The translations under genes were made by a program, and so were the position numbers. Below are positions 11,037 through 21,603 of a stretch of 64,000 nt of DNA, piece after piece. The notes under the pieces are model-generated. The model did no database searches and was not told where the DNA came from. It saw only the letters and a list, made by a program, of their open reading frames with translations. The stretch covers positions 2,624,001 through 2,688,000 of the forward strand of contig OZ250172.1 of assembly GCA_965237905.1 (NCBI GenBank), given 5' to 3'. Numbering within the stretch: position 1 is the stretch's first letter; every line of letters begins with the position of its first letter. This DNA comes from Nitrospinaceae bacterium (GTDB lineage Bacteria; Nitrospinota; Nitrospinia; Nitrospinales; Nitrospinaceae).

Positions 11037-11891
11037 ATGAAGTGGATCAGGTGCCTGGTTTTTGTGAGTGTTGTGTTGTTTTCAAGCATTGCGGGTGCAG
11101 GGAATTGTCAGGAGGAAAAGATGAAAAATCTCATGCAGGAGCTGGATAAGTCAAAAGTAGAATCAGCGCTCACCCTTTCAAAAGAGATAAAAGCCTACTC
11201 AAAGGGGAAGGAATTTGAATGTGTTGAGCCCTTGATCGTCGATTTCATATCTTTTTATAACCAATCGCTTAATGAATTCTCAGAGGCCAATGGTATTTCG
11301 GATTTGCCCTATCCCATGCCTGATGAGAAGAGAAGTGAACTTTCTTCCAGGATTGAAAAAGTCGGGTGGGAGCTCAGGGAATCAGAAGAAATGTATTACA
11401 TTGCTGAGCAGGGAGACTGGATATCAAAGGAGTTCGAGCCAATTCTCAATCAATCATGGAAAGATTATTTCGCCTTAGTCGCGGTGGAACTCAAAGAGGC
11501 GTTTTTGTCGGAAACCGACATCGTGCTTGTTAGCTGGAAAAAGCTTTGTGACCAGATTATCAAGTGGGACGAGTTTATGGCCAAATATCCAGAGTTTCCT
11601 TTGATCGGGTCGATTCAATACCACCATGCAGTTTATGTTGAGGCGCTTCTTACAGGTCAGGAGCCGTCAGGAGGGAGTGATCGGAACAATCACAAGTTGC
11701 AGCCTGAAGTTAAAAAAGAATACGAGCGTTTTATTGAAGTGAATACCCAATCAAAATATCACCCTATAGTTAAGGAGTACTATGATTTTCTCTCAAAGAA
11801 TGATTTTATGGTTAATGAGGGAACGATCTATTTTCTTCTTCAGGACCATGTTAAAAGTCTATTCGATGTCAAGCCGCCTCTCGACTACTAA
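11037..11891 (+). CDS. Hypothetical secreted protein (AT-rich cargo gene)
   Basis: 284 aa, signal-peptide-like N-terminus, gagg RBS. Confidence 0.8.
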   Translation: MKWIRCLVFVSVVLFSSIAGAGNCQEEKMKNLMQELDKSKVESALTLSKEIKAYSKGKEFECVEPLIVDFISFYNQSLNEFSEANGISDLPYPMPDEKRSELSSRIEKVGWELRESEEMYYIAEQGDWISKEFEPILNQSWKDYFALVAVELKEAFLSETDIVLVSWKKLCDQIIKWDEFMAKYPEFPLIGSIQYHHAVYVEALLTGQEPSGGSDRNNHKLQPEVKKEYERFIEVNTQSKYHPIVKEYYDFLSKNDFMVNEGTIYFLLQDHVKSLFDVKPPLDY

Positions 11892-11904
11892 AAATGTATT
11901 GAAA

Positions 11905-11976
11905 TGAATCAATAAACTTTGCGTTTAGTGTGACAATACCGATCGATGGATTCATGCCGCCTGGCATACCATTTTG
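11905..11976 (-). repeat. Diverged copy of the 5' end of the radical SAM gene (partner 10911-10982)
   Basis: 63/72 identities by manual alignment; encodes MPGGMNPSIGIVTLNAKFIDS versus MLGGMNPSIGIVTLNAKFIHS. Confidence 0.9.
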
Positions 11977-12023
11977 CGGAGAAGGAGGGAAAATATTGGA
12001 CAGGATAACAGGAGAAATTCGGA

Positions 12024-12058
12024 TTAACCACAGATGGACACAGATGAACACGGATAAA
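12024..12058 (+). repeat. ttaaccacagat(g/a)(g/a)acacagat-type repeat; inverted partner at 12694-12728, third copy at 51474-51506
   Basis: 31/35 identity to the reverse complement of 12694-12728; internal 10-bp periodicity. Confidence 0.85.
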
Positions 12059-12082
12059 CAAAGATCCTTCGTTACACCGTAG

Positions 12083-12622
12083 TCAAGTGCATTTCTGATC
12101 AGGAAGTACTTTTAAGACTTTTCGGATATTTGCGGAGGTGACTTTAGAAGAATTATTCCTGTCCATTTGCCTGGCCACTCCCGCCATTTTTCCTACCTCT
12201 ACCCAGCTTTTGTACCGATAATTCCCTCCGTGAACATCTAAAATGAAAAGGGAATTATCCTTTTCGGAAAATGATAGAATAGCCATGTTAACGACCACTC
12301 CGCTTTTATTTTTTTCGATTAAAAACCCTTGCCGGGTTTCTTCAGTATTTCGATTTCGCAATTTTCTTATGGGCTCGGAAGGAAAAATCAAAGAATACCA
12401 ATGCTTTTCGCTATTGTAATCCGGGTCGAGGATGTAATCCGCGTCGATGATATAGCAGGAAGTAACGGGTACTTGGGCTCCCCGCTTTTCAATATCACTC
12501 AACAAATTTTCATAAGCCTCGTCGAAAGCTCCGGAAGATGCTCCTAGGGAAAGAATAAGAATCAGGGTCATCCATGTTGTTTTGATAAGCCGGTTGCTGT
12601 GGAAAGTTTTGGGTTTTGGCAT
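12083..12622 (-). CDS. Hypothetical secreted protein
   Basis: 179 aa, hydrophobic N-terminal segment, AT-rich. Confidence 0.7.
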   Translation of the reverse strand: MPKPKTFHSNRLIKTTWMTLILILSLGASSGAFDEAYENLLSDIEKRGAQVPVTSCYIIDADYILDPDYNSEKHWYSLIFPSEPIRKLRNRNTEETRQGFLIEKNKSGVVVNMAILSFSEKDNSLFILDVHGGNYRYKSWVEVGKMAGVARQMDRNNSSKVTSANIRKVLKVLPDQKCT

Positions 12623-12693
12623 AAGTGATTTCTCAGTGCTTCTGAATCATACTGCTAGTATAAAGGATAAAGGGGCGCATCTGGAAAGTTAAA

Positions 12694-12728
12694 TTCATCG
12701 GTGTTTATCTGTGTTCATCTGTGGTTAA
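12694..12728 (-). repeat. Inverted partner of repeat 12024-12058
   Basis: ttcatcggtgtttatctgtgttcatctgtggttaa. Confidence 0.85.
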
Positions 12729-12744
12729 TAGGTTTTTTGGGCGG

Positions 12745-13563
12745 TTATCTTTTCTGACAGGTTTTGCAGAAGAAGGTGGAGCGGGCAGTGTGGACGCTGC
12801 GACTGATCGGGTTTCCGCACCGGGGGCAGGGCTCGCCTTCCCTGCCGTAGACGGCCAAGTCGAGCGCGAAGTAGCCGGGCTTGCCATCGGTATTGAAAAA
12901 ATCGCGCAGGGTGGTGCCGCCCGCTTCGATACTTTTCCGCAATACTTTTCTCACCTCACTTAATAGTTTCTCCCAGTGCGGCCGGCTGAGTTTGTTCGCG
13001 GGCTTTTTGGGATGAATCCCCGCCTCGAACAGCGCCTCGCAGGCGTAAATGTTGCCGATGCCCGCGATGCGCGTCGCGTTCATCAGAAATCCTTTGATGG
13101 GTCCTTTGCAGGTACGCGCACGTTCCTTGAATAACTCGGGTGTCGCCTCGTCGGAAAATGGGTCGGGTCCCAGGTGATCCAGCAAAGGATGCCCTTCATC
13201 CTTCGGCACCCACAGGATGCACCCGAAGCGGCGCGGGTCGATGAAATGCAGATACGTTTCCGGCGCGAAATGAAAGATGGCGTGCGTGTGTTTTTCTTCC
13301 GCTTGCAGGGAGGCGCGTTGGGTCACGCGTCCGCTCATCCCCAGATGCCAGAGCATCGCGCCCTGATCATTGTGTAGTAGGAGGTATTTGCCTGTGCGTG
13401 TGACGTCGCCCACCACCGACCCTGTCATCTCTTTCTGCAGTTGCTTACGCGGTATGGGAAAGCGCAGATCTGCGCGCAGGAATTTGAGATCGACCAGCGT
13501 TTGGTTGCGGACCAGCGGGATGAGCGCGTTTCGGAGCGTTTCGACTTCGGGTAGTTCAGGCAT
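12745..13563 (-). CDS. mutM: Formamidopyrimidine-DNA glycosylase (Fpg)
   Basis: MPELPEVE, HLGMSG, GIGNIYACE, C-terminal zinc finger CPRC...CKTCQ. Confidence 0.98.
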   Translation of the reverse strand: MPELPEVETLRNALIPLVRNQTLVDLKFLRADLRFPIPRKQLQKEMTGSVVGDVTRTGKYLLLHNDQGAMLWHLGMSGRVTQRASLQAEEKHTHAIFHFAPETYLHFIDPRRFGCILWVPKDEGHPLLDHLGPDPFSDEATPELFKERARTCKGPIKGFLMNATRIAGIGNIYACEALFEAGIHPKKPANKLSRPHWEKLLSEVRKVLRKSIEAGGTTLRDFFNTDGKPGYFALDLAVYGREGEPCPRCGNPISRSVHTARSTFFCKTCQKR

Positions 13564-13674
13564 GGATATTTAAACTCGTATATAGTTCTAAGTGAGCCGT
13601 AGTGTACCACTTGGGTTTATTGACTTTGTGGATTTTGGTTGACTTGAATTTATGCCCAAATTAACCTGTAGACT

Positions 13675-14266
13675 ATGGAAACTATAAATAAATTAACATT
13701 AAATTATGCGGATCTGGGTTTATTTGCACCAGTCATTCTGTTTGCCCTACTTGCTATTTTACATGTAAAGGTTTTTTTGCACTTTTCCATGTCGTTGCCG
13801 TATTTTAGGTCGTTCCTGAAGTTGAAAGAGTTGAAGCATAATTTCTTTCCGCTGAAAGAAAAGGTTTTATCGAGTGAGAGACATTCCTTAGCTAACCTCA
13901 TGGTTAAGTCTGATGGAGAGCAGACTTTATGGGCGAGGACGTCTATGAAGGGCTCTTGGAACGCTGGTTTTGTTTTGAAAATGGCCTTATCGAAAGCCAA
14001 GGACGAGGTGATCAAAACAGAAGTGATGTTTTCCCCTTTTAGTAACATTTCTTGCTTGTGCGGTTTTCGCATTTCTTTCTTTCAATTTTGCGTTTCCTTT
14101 TTTCAATACGGTCACGGGTCAACCGGATGATGGCGTTATAAAGTTTGCTCCTTATTTAGTGTTCCCAACTCTTTTGCTTGGCTACTGGTCGATGCTAAGA
14201 CAGTATTTCAAGCAGGCAGACCAGTTTTTGAGTGAAATGACTGCGTCAACTGGTCGGAGTCAATAA
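13675..14266 (+). pseudogene. Membrane protein gene with a probable frameshift near 14037-14041
   Basis: ORF 13675-14130; the +1 frame from 14039 stays open for 75 codons (LVTFLACAVFAFLSFNFAFPFF...LVFPTLLLGYW...) to TAA 14266. Confidence 0.55.
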
Positions 14267-14324
14267 GATAGTTGTTGAATCCGGTTGACGCTGAGCGCTG
14301 CAGGTATGGCGCGGGATTATTCGG

Positions 14325-14951
14325 TCAGGCCGGGGCTTCGGCTGAGGTCGAGGCGTTGTCCGAGTCCTTGTCTTTCGGTTTTTCGCCTTGCGGTTTTTTA
14401 GCGGTGACCACCCGGGCGGGCAGGAGGACGCGGCCGTTCATGCGGTAGCCTTTCGAGAATTCTTCGATCACTGTATTTTCTTCGTGGTCGGGCGATTCGA
14501 TTTGGCTCAGCACTTCGTGAATCGAAGGATCGAAGGGTTCGCCGACGGCTTTGATCGGTTCGACGTTTTCTTTTTTGAAGAGGGCGAGGACCTGGTTGGA
14601 CGTCAACTGTACGCCTTCTTTCAGGCTTTCGACGTTGGTGTCGGGTGCCTTCAGGGCGCGATCCAGATTTTCAAAGATGGGAATCAGTTGCTTGATGAGC
14701 CTCTCGTTGGCGAACTGGACGCTGTCCTGTTTTTCGCGTTGCAGGCGTTTGCGGAGATTATCCGTTTCGGCCCGCATCCGGAGCATTTCATCGCGGAGAT
14801 CTTGCGCCTCCTGCTGTGCCTGTTCGAGTTCCGACGGGCCTTCCTCTTCCTCCACGATCTCGGCGACGGGAGCTTCTTCTGTGTCGGCGGGCTCCTCTTC
14901 GGGAATTTCTTCTTCTTCGGTTTCTATGTGAATCTTTTTCTTCTTGCTCAT
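14325..14951 (-). CDS. grpE: Nucleotide exchange factor GrpE
   Basis: AETDNLRKR, ENLDRAL, FDPSIHE, KGYRMNGRVLLPARV. Confidence 0.97.
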   Translation of the reverse strand: MSKKKKIHIETEEEEIPEEEPADTEEAPVAEIVEEEEGPSELEQAQQEAQDLRDEMLRMRAETDNLRKRLQREKQDSVQFANERLIKQLIPIFENLDRALKAPDTNVESLKEGVQLTSNQVLALFKKENVEPIKAVGEPFDPSIHEVLSQIESPDHEENTVIEEFSKGYRMNGRVLLPARVVTAKKPQGEKPKDKDSDNASTSAEAPA

Positions 14952-14959
14952 AAATCCGG

Positions 14960-16018
14960 TTACTCTCCTTTATATCTTTTGCTCGACAGGATTTGCGACA
15001 CGTTATTGGCGGTGGAATTGACGATGCCGATGATTTTCTGGTAGTCCATGCGCTTCGGGCCGAAAATCGCCAAGGTGCCGATGTTCTGATCGTCCAGCTG
15101 ATAGCTCTGGGCGATCAGACTGCCCGCCTGCATTTCCTCCTCGGCGTTTTCTTCGCCGATGATGATGCTCAGGCCGTTTTGCTTCATGCACAGATCCAGC
15201 AGTTTGATCAGTTTGTTTTTTTCTTCCACCGTTTTCATCAGTTTTTTCATGTTTTCCAGATCGGCGGAAAACTCGGGCTGGTCGAGCATGTGGGCCATCC
15301 CTTCGATCAACAGTTCGCCGTCTTCTTCCCTGTCGGTGAACATCCGGCTCCACAATTCGTTGGCCTTCTTCATCAACTGGTCGTGATGTTCTTTTTCGGT
15401 TTGCATGCGGCGGCGGAGTTCGACCTGAATAGAGTTCAGGGAGCAGCCGGCAAATTCTTCGTTCAAGTATGCAGCAAGGGCGTTCAGGCTGTCCTGCGGG
15501 ACTTCTTCTTTGAGGCGCACGACTTTTTTCTTTACCACGCCCATTTCCGAGATGAAGACGGCCAGCACGCGTTTGCCTTCGATGCGCATGAACTCGATGT
15601 GTTTGAGCGACAGGTTCCAGAAACCCAGGGTCATCACCAACCCGGTCTGATGGGAGTTCTGCGACAGCAGACTACAGGCGGAGCCCAGCACTTCTTCCAG
15701 CGTCTCGGTGTTGCGGTAGGGTTGGGAATCGCTGACGATCGATGCGACCGGTTGCAGTTTCTGCGCGTTGAGGATTTGATTGACGAAATAACGGTAGCCC
15801 CGGTCCGTCGAAACGCGGCCCGCGGACGTATGGGGTTGGTACAGGTAGCCCAACTCTTCCAAGTCCGCCATCACGTTGCGGATGGTGGCAGGGCTCAACC
15901 GTTTCGACAATTTTTTGGAGAGCGTGCGCGACCCCACCGGTTCGGCGGTGGCCACGAAATCGTTGATCGTCTCCAGCAAAATGGTCCGGCTTCTGTCGTC
16001 AAGAATCACTGGGCTCAT
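14960..16018 (-). CDS. hrcA: Heat-inducible transcription repressor HrcA
   Basis: EPVGSRTL, SPATIRNVMADLEELGYL.QPHTSAGR, GPKRMDY. Confidence 0.97.
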   Translation of the reverse strand: MSPVILDDRSRTILLETINDFVATAEPVGSRTLSKKLSKRLSPATIRNVMADLEELGYLYQPHTSAGRVSTDRGYRYFVNQILNAQKLQPVASIVSDSQPYRNTETLEEVLGSACSLLSQNSHQTGLVMTLGFWNLSLKHIEFMRIEGKRVLAVFISEMGVVKKKVVRLKEEVPQDSLNALAAYLNEEFAGCSLNSIQVELRRRMQTEKEHHDQLMKKANELWSRMFTDREEDGELLIEGMAHMLDQPEFSADLENMKKLMKTVEEKNKLIKLLDLCMKQNGLSIIIGEENAEEEMQAGSLIAQSYQLDDQNIGTLAIFGPKRMDYQKIIGIVNSTANNVSQILSSKRYKGE

Positions 16019-16060
16019 AACTATTCAATATATAAGGATTAAGGATCGATTATGTATTCT

Positions 16061-16089
16061 AAACTAGCAAGGTCCGAAAGCGTTGTCAA
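16061..16089 (-). promoter_or_regulatory. Putative sigma70 promoter of hrcA-grpE
   Basis: Minus strand TTGACA-17 bp-TAGTTT. Confidence 0.45.
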
Positions 16090-16250
16090 CTCCTGCCCGG
16101 AGGGGGAACTTGCTAACAGTTAACGGCTAACGATGTTTCTTGAGCGCAAGCGGAGTACTTCCGCAGGTAATTTTAAAACCCTAGCTGGCGGAGATAGCGG
16201 TGCGACCTGATATTCCGTTTCAGCAAAGTAAGCTCCGGCGCTACGCCGGT

Positions 16251-17135
16251 TCACTTTTCGATGATCTGGGTGCCGACGCCGGCCTGGGTGAACATTTCCA
16301 GCAGAATGGCGTGCTTCACCCGGCCATCGACGATGTGGGTTTTGGTCACACCTTCCTTGAGTGCGTCGAGGCAACAGTTCACCTTGGGCAACATGCCGTC
16401 CTTGATGACCTTCGATTTGATCAGCTTTTGCGCGTCTTTCCTTGTGAGGCCGGTGATCAGCTTGCCGTCCTTGCCTTTAACGCCTTCGATGTCCGTCATC
16501 AACAATAGTTTTTCCGCTTTCAGCGCTCCGGCGACTCTGGCGGCGACGAAGTCGGCGTTGATGTTCAGCGTTTCGCCTTGTTCTCCCCGGCCGATGGGAG
16601 CGATGACGGGAATGAACTCCGCCCGGTCGAGGGTATTCAGGATATTGGGGTTGACCTGTTTGATGTCTCCCACCAATCCGAGGTCGATAATCTCCGGCCG
16701 GTTGGTTTCGGGGCATTTTTTGACCTTGCGAAACTGTTTGGCTTGGATCAGGTCGCCGTCCTTGCCGGTGATGCCGACTGCGTTGCCGCCGTGCCGGTTG
16801 ATGAGGGAGACGATCTCCTGATTGATTTTACCGCCCAGTACCATTTCCACCACGTCGATCATCTCTTCGCTGGTGACGCGCTGGCCATCGACGAATTTTG
16901 ACTGGATGCCGAACAGCTCCAGCGTTTTTCCGATCTGCGGTCCACCGCCGTGCACGATGACAGGGTTGATGCCAATGTATTTCATCATCACCACGTCCAG
17001 AGCGAAGTTGTTTTTCAACTCTTCGGACACCATGGCGTTGCCGCCGTATTTGATGACGATGGTCTTGTTATAAAACTTTTTGATGAAGGGAAGCGCCTCA
17101 ATCAGGACTTCCGCTTTCTGGATGCTTTTTTTCAT
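16251..17135 (-). CDS. argB: Acetylglutamate kinase
   Basis: IKYGGNAM, VHGGGPQI, NINAD, GMLPKV. Confidence 0.97.
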   Translation of the reverse strand: MKKSIQKAEVLIEALPFIKKFYNKTIVIKYGGNAMVSEELKNNFALDVVMMKYIGINPVIVHGGGPQIGKTLELFGIQSKFVDGQRVTSEEMIDVVEMVLGGKINQEIVSLINRHGGNAVGITGKDGDLIQAKQFRKVKKCPETNRPEIIDLGLVGDIKQVNPNILNTLDRAEFIPVIAPIGRGEQGETLNINADFVAARVAGALKAEKLLLMTDIEGVKGKDGKLITGLTRKDAQKLIKSKVIKDGMLPKVNCCLDALKEGVTKTHIVDGRVKHAILLEMFTQAGVGTQIIEK

Positions 17136-17142
17136 AGTTTGA

Positions 17143-18555
17143 TTAAAGGATATAGCGGCTCAGGTCTTCGTTTTCGATAATGTCTTTCAGCTTGTCCCGG
17201 ACGGTAGCGGCATCGATTTCAACTTTCTGGTTTCTCATGTCCGGCGCGTCGAACGAAATGCTCTCCAGCAGTTTTTCCATGACCGTTTGGAGCCGCCGCG
17301 CTCCGATGTTTTCCGTGCGTTCGTTGACATAGGCGGACATTCGTGCGATTTCCCTAATGGCGGCGTCCTCAAATTTCAAATGCACCTCTTCCGTTCCCAA
17401 CAGCGCGGTGTACTGCTTGATTAATGCGTTGTCCGGCTCGGTCAGAATGCGGTAAAAATCCTCCTCAGTCAACGATTCCAGCTCGACGCGGATCGGGAAG
17501 CGGCCCTGGAACTCCGGGATCAGGTCCGACGGTTTCGACGCATGAAACGCTCCGGCGGAGATAAACAGAATGTGATCGGTTTTCACGATGCCGTATTTGG
17601 TGTTGATGCTGGAGCCTTCGACGATCGGGAGCAGGTCGCGTTGCACCCCTTCGCGTGATACGTCCGGCCCCTGCATGCCTTGGCCTCCGGTGATCTTGTC
17701 GATCTCGTCGATGAAAATGATGCCGCTTTGTTGAGCTCGGTCGATGGCCATCTGCACGACTTTATCGTGGTCGATCAGGTTCTCCGCTTCCTGCTGGATG
17801 AGAACCTTCAGTGCATCGGGCACCTTAACTTTTTTATTCTTTATTTTTTTGGGCATCAGGTTGCTGAGCATATCCTTGATGTTGTTGTCCATGTCGTCCA
17901 TTCCCGGAGGAGAGACGATTTCCATCATGGGGCCTGATTTTTCCTCAATTTCGATTTCCACCATCCGGTCCTCGAATCGTCCGTCATGCAGATACCCCCG
18001 GAATTTCTCCCGCGTTTGTTCGTATTGCTGTTTGCCCAGCGTGTCGGATGCGAACTCCCGGTTCTCCGGCGAATCATAGCTGGGGTGCGGGGGCAGGAGA
18101 ATATCCAGCAGGCGCTCCTCGGCATACTGGTTGGCTTTTTCCTGCACCTCCTGCTCCATTTCTTCCTGAACCATCCGCTTGGTCAACTCGACCAAATCAC
18201 GCACCATCGATTCGACATCGCGGCCGACGTACCCGACCTCGGTGTACTTGGAGGCTTCCACCTTAACGAAAGGGGACTGGGCCAGTTTGGCCAGCCGTCG
18301 CGCGATTTCCGTTTTGCCGACGCCCGTGGGACCGATCATCAGAATATTTTTGGGCGCCACTTCGTCGCGCATGTTATCCGGTAGTTGTTGCCGCCGCCAC
18401 CGGTTGCGCAGGGCGATGGCCACGGCCCGCTTGGCTTTATCCTGCCCGACAATAAAGTTATCCAGTTCGCTGACGATCTTCTTCGGGGTCAACGACGCCA
18501 TAAAATCCTGTCGGGACTGTTCGCCGGTCTTGGGTGTTTCTACCGCATGTTCCAT
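17143..18555 (-). CDS. hslU: ATP-dependent protease ATPase subunit HslU
   Basis: [32 protein letters not shown], ends DLSRYIL. Confidence 0.98.
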   Translation of the reverse strand: MEHAVETPKTGEQSRQDFMASLTPKKIVSELDNFIVGQDKAKRAVAIALRNRWRRQQLPDNMRDEVAPKNILMIGPTGVGKTEIARRLAKLAQSPFVKVEASKYTEVGYVGRDVESMVRDLVELTKRMVQEEMEQEVQEKANQYAEERLLDILLPPHPSYDSPENREFASDTLGKQQYEQTREKFRGYLHDGRFEDRMVEIEIEEKSGPMMEIVSPPGMDDMDNNIKDMLSNLMPKKIKNKKVKVPDALKVLIQQEAENLIDHDKVVQMAIDRAQQSGIIFIDEIDKITGGQGMQGPDVSREGVQRDLLPIVEGSSINTKYGIVKTDHILFISAGAFHASKPSDLIPEFQGRFPIRVELESLTEEDFYRILTEPDNALIKQYTALLGTEEVHLKFEDAAIREIARMSAYVNERTENIGARRLQTVMEKLLESISFDAPDMRNQKVEIDAATVRDKLKDIIENEDLSRYIL

Positions 18556-18558
18556 GAA

Positions 18559-19101
18559 TTACAATTCCTCAATCGTGAGATTCGAGTTGGTGTAGATACA
18601 AATGGACCCGGCAATTTTCATAGCCTCTTCCACAATTTGCCGTGCGCTCATATCCGTGTGTGCCGCCAGGGCCTGAGCGGCGGCCTGGGCGAACATGCCG
18701 CCGGAACCGATGCCCATGATGCCATCGTCCGGCTCGACCACGTCGCCGGTCCCGGAGATCAGAAACGATTTTTCATCATCGACCACCACCAGCATGGCTT
18801 CGAGACGGCGGAGCAATTTGTCGGTGCGCCAGTCCTTGGCCAACTCCACTGCCGAGCGGGCCAGGTTGCCGTTGTACTTTTCCAACTTTTCCTCGAATCG
18901 GGCGAACAGGGCGAAGGCGTCGGCGGTGCCTCCGGCAAAGCCGCCGATGATTTTATCTTTATACATCCGGCGCACCTTGCTCGCGGTGTGCTTCATGACG
19001 GTGTTGCCGAGAGTGACTTGGCCGTCGCCACCGACCGCTACTTTTCCCTGGGTCCGGACCACCAGTATGGTGGTACCGTGCATTTCCAGTTGCTCACTCA
19101 T
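18559..19101 (-). CDS. hslV: ATP-dependent protease peptidase subunit HslV
   Basis: HGTTIL catalytic Thr, GDGQVT, WRTDK.LRRLEA, IGSGG. Confidence 0.98.
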   Translation of the reverse strand: MSEQLEMHGTTILVVRTQGKVAVGGDGQVTLGNTVMKHTASKVRRMYKDKIIGGFAGGTADAFALFARFEEKLEKYNGNLARSAVELAKDWRTDKLLRRLEAMLVVVDDEKSFLISGTGDVVEPDDGIMGIGSGGMFAQAAAQALAAHTDMSARQIVEEAMKIAGSICIYTNSNLTIEEL

Positions 19102-19267
19102 AAAATTATTTTACCTTTTTCAGTGCCGGTTTTCATGTTGGAGATTCTGTCCTCCCTTACATTTCAGTTCATGCTTCTGGCAAGCTGAATGGAGGCTTTT
19201 TACTATACTATAAGCGAAGAGAATCTTATAATAATTTAGGGGGATAACAGGTTTGAGGAGATTGATC

Positions 19268-19756
19268 ATGAAAAAGCGACTCAGTTTTCTAGTTTTTTGT
19301 GTGCTACTTAGTTTTCCGATGGTTTGTTTCGCGGAGGAATTGGGTGGAGGATATTCTCTTGTTCCTTCAGAGAATTGGATCATCAAGAGCCCTCCTGCGT
19401 CCAAATATAAAGTTGTCCTAACCGATCCTGCAGATAATTTCGCACCTAATATTAACGTTGTGGAGGAAGAGTTTAGTGGCTCAATGGAAGATTATATCCG
19501 GTTATCGATGGAGACTTTAGTGAAAATGATGATGGCCAAAAAGATTAGTGAATCGTCTTTTTCCTCCAAGAATGCTGATGGGGTTAGGTTAGTCACTCAT
19601 ACGCAGATGAATGCTTTAAAGTTAAGACAGGTGTTTTATTTTTTTGAAAACTCCCAGGGGCAAAAAGTGGTGGTCACGGCCTCTACCAGCAGGGACTCGG
19701 GAGATAAATTTGATGCCGCATTTGATAAAATGCTCCATTCCTTTAGAGTCAAATAG
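19268..19756 (+). CDS. Hypothetical secreted protein (PsbP/DcrB-like)
   Basis: Signal peptide MKKRLSFLVFCVLL..., gaggag RBS, FAPNINV motif, C-terminal FDKMLHSFRVK. Confidence 0.75.
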   Translation: MKKRLSFLVFCVLLSFPMVCFAEELGGGYSLVPSENWIIKSPPASKYKVVLTDPADNFAPNINVVEEEFSGSMEDYIRLSMETLVKMMMAKKISESSFSSKNADGVRLVTHTQMNALKLRQVFYFFENSQGQKVVVTASTSRDSGDKFDAAFDKMLHSFRVK

Positions 19757-19903
19757 CTAACCTTCTTTTCTTTAAAAGCAATTTTCATCAGTTTCCCCAA
19801 TTGATGAGAGTTGTTTTTTTAAAACCAGTCTCTATGGGATTTCCAAACAAAGGTTGAAGATTTACTTTTTTGGATTTGTCATTCGTGCAGGGCGTTGTTT
19901 GAG

Positions 19904-20908
19904 TCATGGTTTTCTGGAATGGGCACCCGAATGTTGCGCACGGGGGTGGGCCTGGTCGTAAGTTTCGATCAGCCGGTCGACTGTCAGGTGCGTGTATTTC
20001 TGGGTGGTCGACAGGCTGGCGTGGCCCAGCATCTCCTGAATGGTGCGCAGATCGGCTCCGCCTTCCAACAGGTGGGTCGCGAAGGAATGGCGGATGGAAT
20101 GCGGCGAATGGCGACCTGAGACCAGTTGGTCCAGATACTTTCCGACGATTTTTCGAACGCCCCGGGAGGTCAAACCGTTTCCCCGGGTATTTAAAAAGAC
20201 GGCGGAGGGGAGCGGATCGGGTTTCATCTTTCGGATCAAGGTTTCTCTCCGGCTCAGGTAAATGCTCAGAGCGGCAATGGCTTTTTTCCCCAAGGGCAAC
20301 CAGCGTTCCTTTTTACCCTTTCCCAGAACCCGAACCTTTTGGCTTTCGAGATTTATGAAATCCATTTGCAAGGTGACCAGTTCACTGATTCGCATGCCGG
20401 TGCTGTAGAACATTTCCAGGATGGCGCAATCCCTCGACCCGATCCAGGTGTTCGATTCCGGTAATTCCATCAGGCGGAAGATGTCATCCACTGATAAGAA
20501 GGAGGGCAGATAGTTTTCCTTTTTTGGAGCCGGTATGGATTTGACGACATTGTTCTGGAGGTGGCCTTCGCGGCACAGAAACTTGAAAAACGAACTGAGC
20601 GAGGACAGCTTCCGGCTCATGGTGGTTCCGGTAAACCCCTGGCCGTGCAAGTGGACCATATAAGAGCGTACCGCCAACCGGTCGATCTGTTTTATGTCGA
20701 CCGCTCCCTTCGAGTTGCAGGCGTGTCCGGTTTCCTTTAAGAACAGGGAAAACTGGTGGAGGTCGTTGAGATAACCGGCCACCGTATTTTCCGAAGCGCT
20801 TTTTTCCGCGACGAGGTATTTTCTGAATTCCTCGATATATTTCTGCAAGAAAGACCCCTTTAGAATCAATGTATTATAAACTTTAACGTGATGGTCAATG
20901 GATGTCAA
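19904..20908 (-). CDS. xerC: Tyrosine recombinase XerC
   Basis: GMRISEL, GKGKKER, HSIRHSFATHLL, LGHASLSTTQKYTH; upstream of hslVU as is typical; true start probably ~20 codons downstream. Confidence 0.92.
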   Translation of the reverse strand: MTSIDHHVKVYNTLILKGSFLQKYIEEFRKYLVAEKSASENTVAGYLNDLHQFSLFLKETGHACNSKGAVDIKQIDRLAVRSYMVHLHGQGFTGTTMSRKLSSLSSFFKFLCREGHLQNNVVKSIPAPKKENYLPSFLSVDDIFRLMELPESNTWIGSRDCAILEMFYSTGMRISELVTLQMDFINLESQKVRVLGKGKKERWLPLGKKAIAALSIYLSRRETLIRKMKPDPLPSAVFLNTRGNGLTSRGVRKIVGKYLDQLVSGRHSPHSIRHSFATHLLEGGADLRTIQEMLGHASLSTTQKYTHLTVDRLIETYDQAHPRAQHSGAHSRKP

Positions 20909-21035
20909 GCAACGCCCTTTGGGGAGCTATGGGGATACTTTTTTCAGGAAATAGAGTATGATTTTCGGGGAATCATTCCCTTTTGTGAATCGATCATGAG
21001 CCAAGGCATCTAACAGGTACGAACCCATTTAACGA

Positions 21036-21599
21036 GTGAGTGTTATGACAACCTCTTTGCCCGAAGACGAGCAACGCGCCCGCGAAACGCTGAGAATCTT
21101 ATCCGAGCTCAAGGAAAAAACCGAGCTGTTGTCCGAGCATGTCGAATCGCGCAAGGATGCGCTGGAGGAGGAGATCGAGGAAAGCCTCCACGAGGCCATT
21201 CAGAATGCCCGCGACAGCCTGGAGCGGATTCAGGAAAATATCGAGCCCAAGCTGGAGAAAATCATTCAGGAGCGGTTGGACGTAATTCGTCACCAGATGG
21301 ATGAATTGAAATATGAAGCGCGGGAATCGGTGCGCCATGAAATCGATAAAATGTCGGACGCCCTGAACCAGAAACTATTGGGTGCGCTGGAAGGAACGGT
21401 CCGGGATCAGGTGTCCCAGGGGATGGTGGAATTGCGGGCGAAACTCGGCGACGCGGTTCGCGAAGAAGTGGACGGCTCTCTTAAAGATATTCGGGAAACC
21501 ACCCGCGATAGCCTGGCGAAGGTTCAACAACTGGTTTGGGTCGGTTTGGGTGCCGCTGTGCTAGCTGGGGTTGGGGTGGTGATTTTATTTCTGACTTGA
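21036..21599 (+). CDS. Coiled-coil protein with C-terminal membrane anchor
   Basis: E/L/R-rich helical sequence followed by a hydrophobic tail. Confidence 0.75.
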   Translation: MSVMTTSLPEDEQRARETLRILSELKEKTELLSEHVESRKDALEEEIEESLHEAIQNARDSLERIQENIEPKLEKIIQERLDVIRHQMDELKYEARESVRHEIDKMSDALNQKLLGALEGTVRDQVSQGMVELRAKLGDAVREEVDGSLKDIRETTRDSLAKVQQLVWVGLGAAVLAGVGVVILFLT

Positions 21600-21603
21600 T
21601 AAC

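Noticed and set aside
16064..16116. CIRCE operator upstream of hrcA
   Set aside because: tagcaag...cttgcta is an inverted pair but spaced ~37 bp, not TTAGCACTC-N9-GAGTGCTAA; too degenerate to call.
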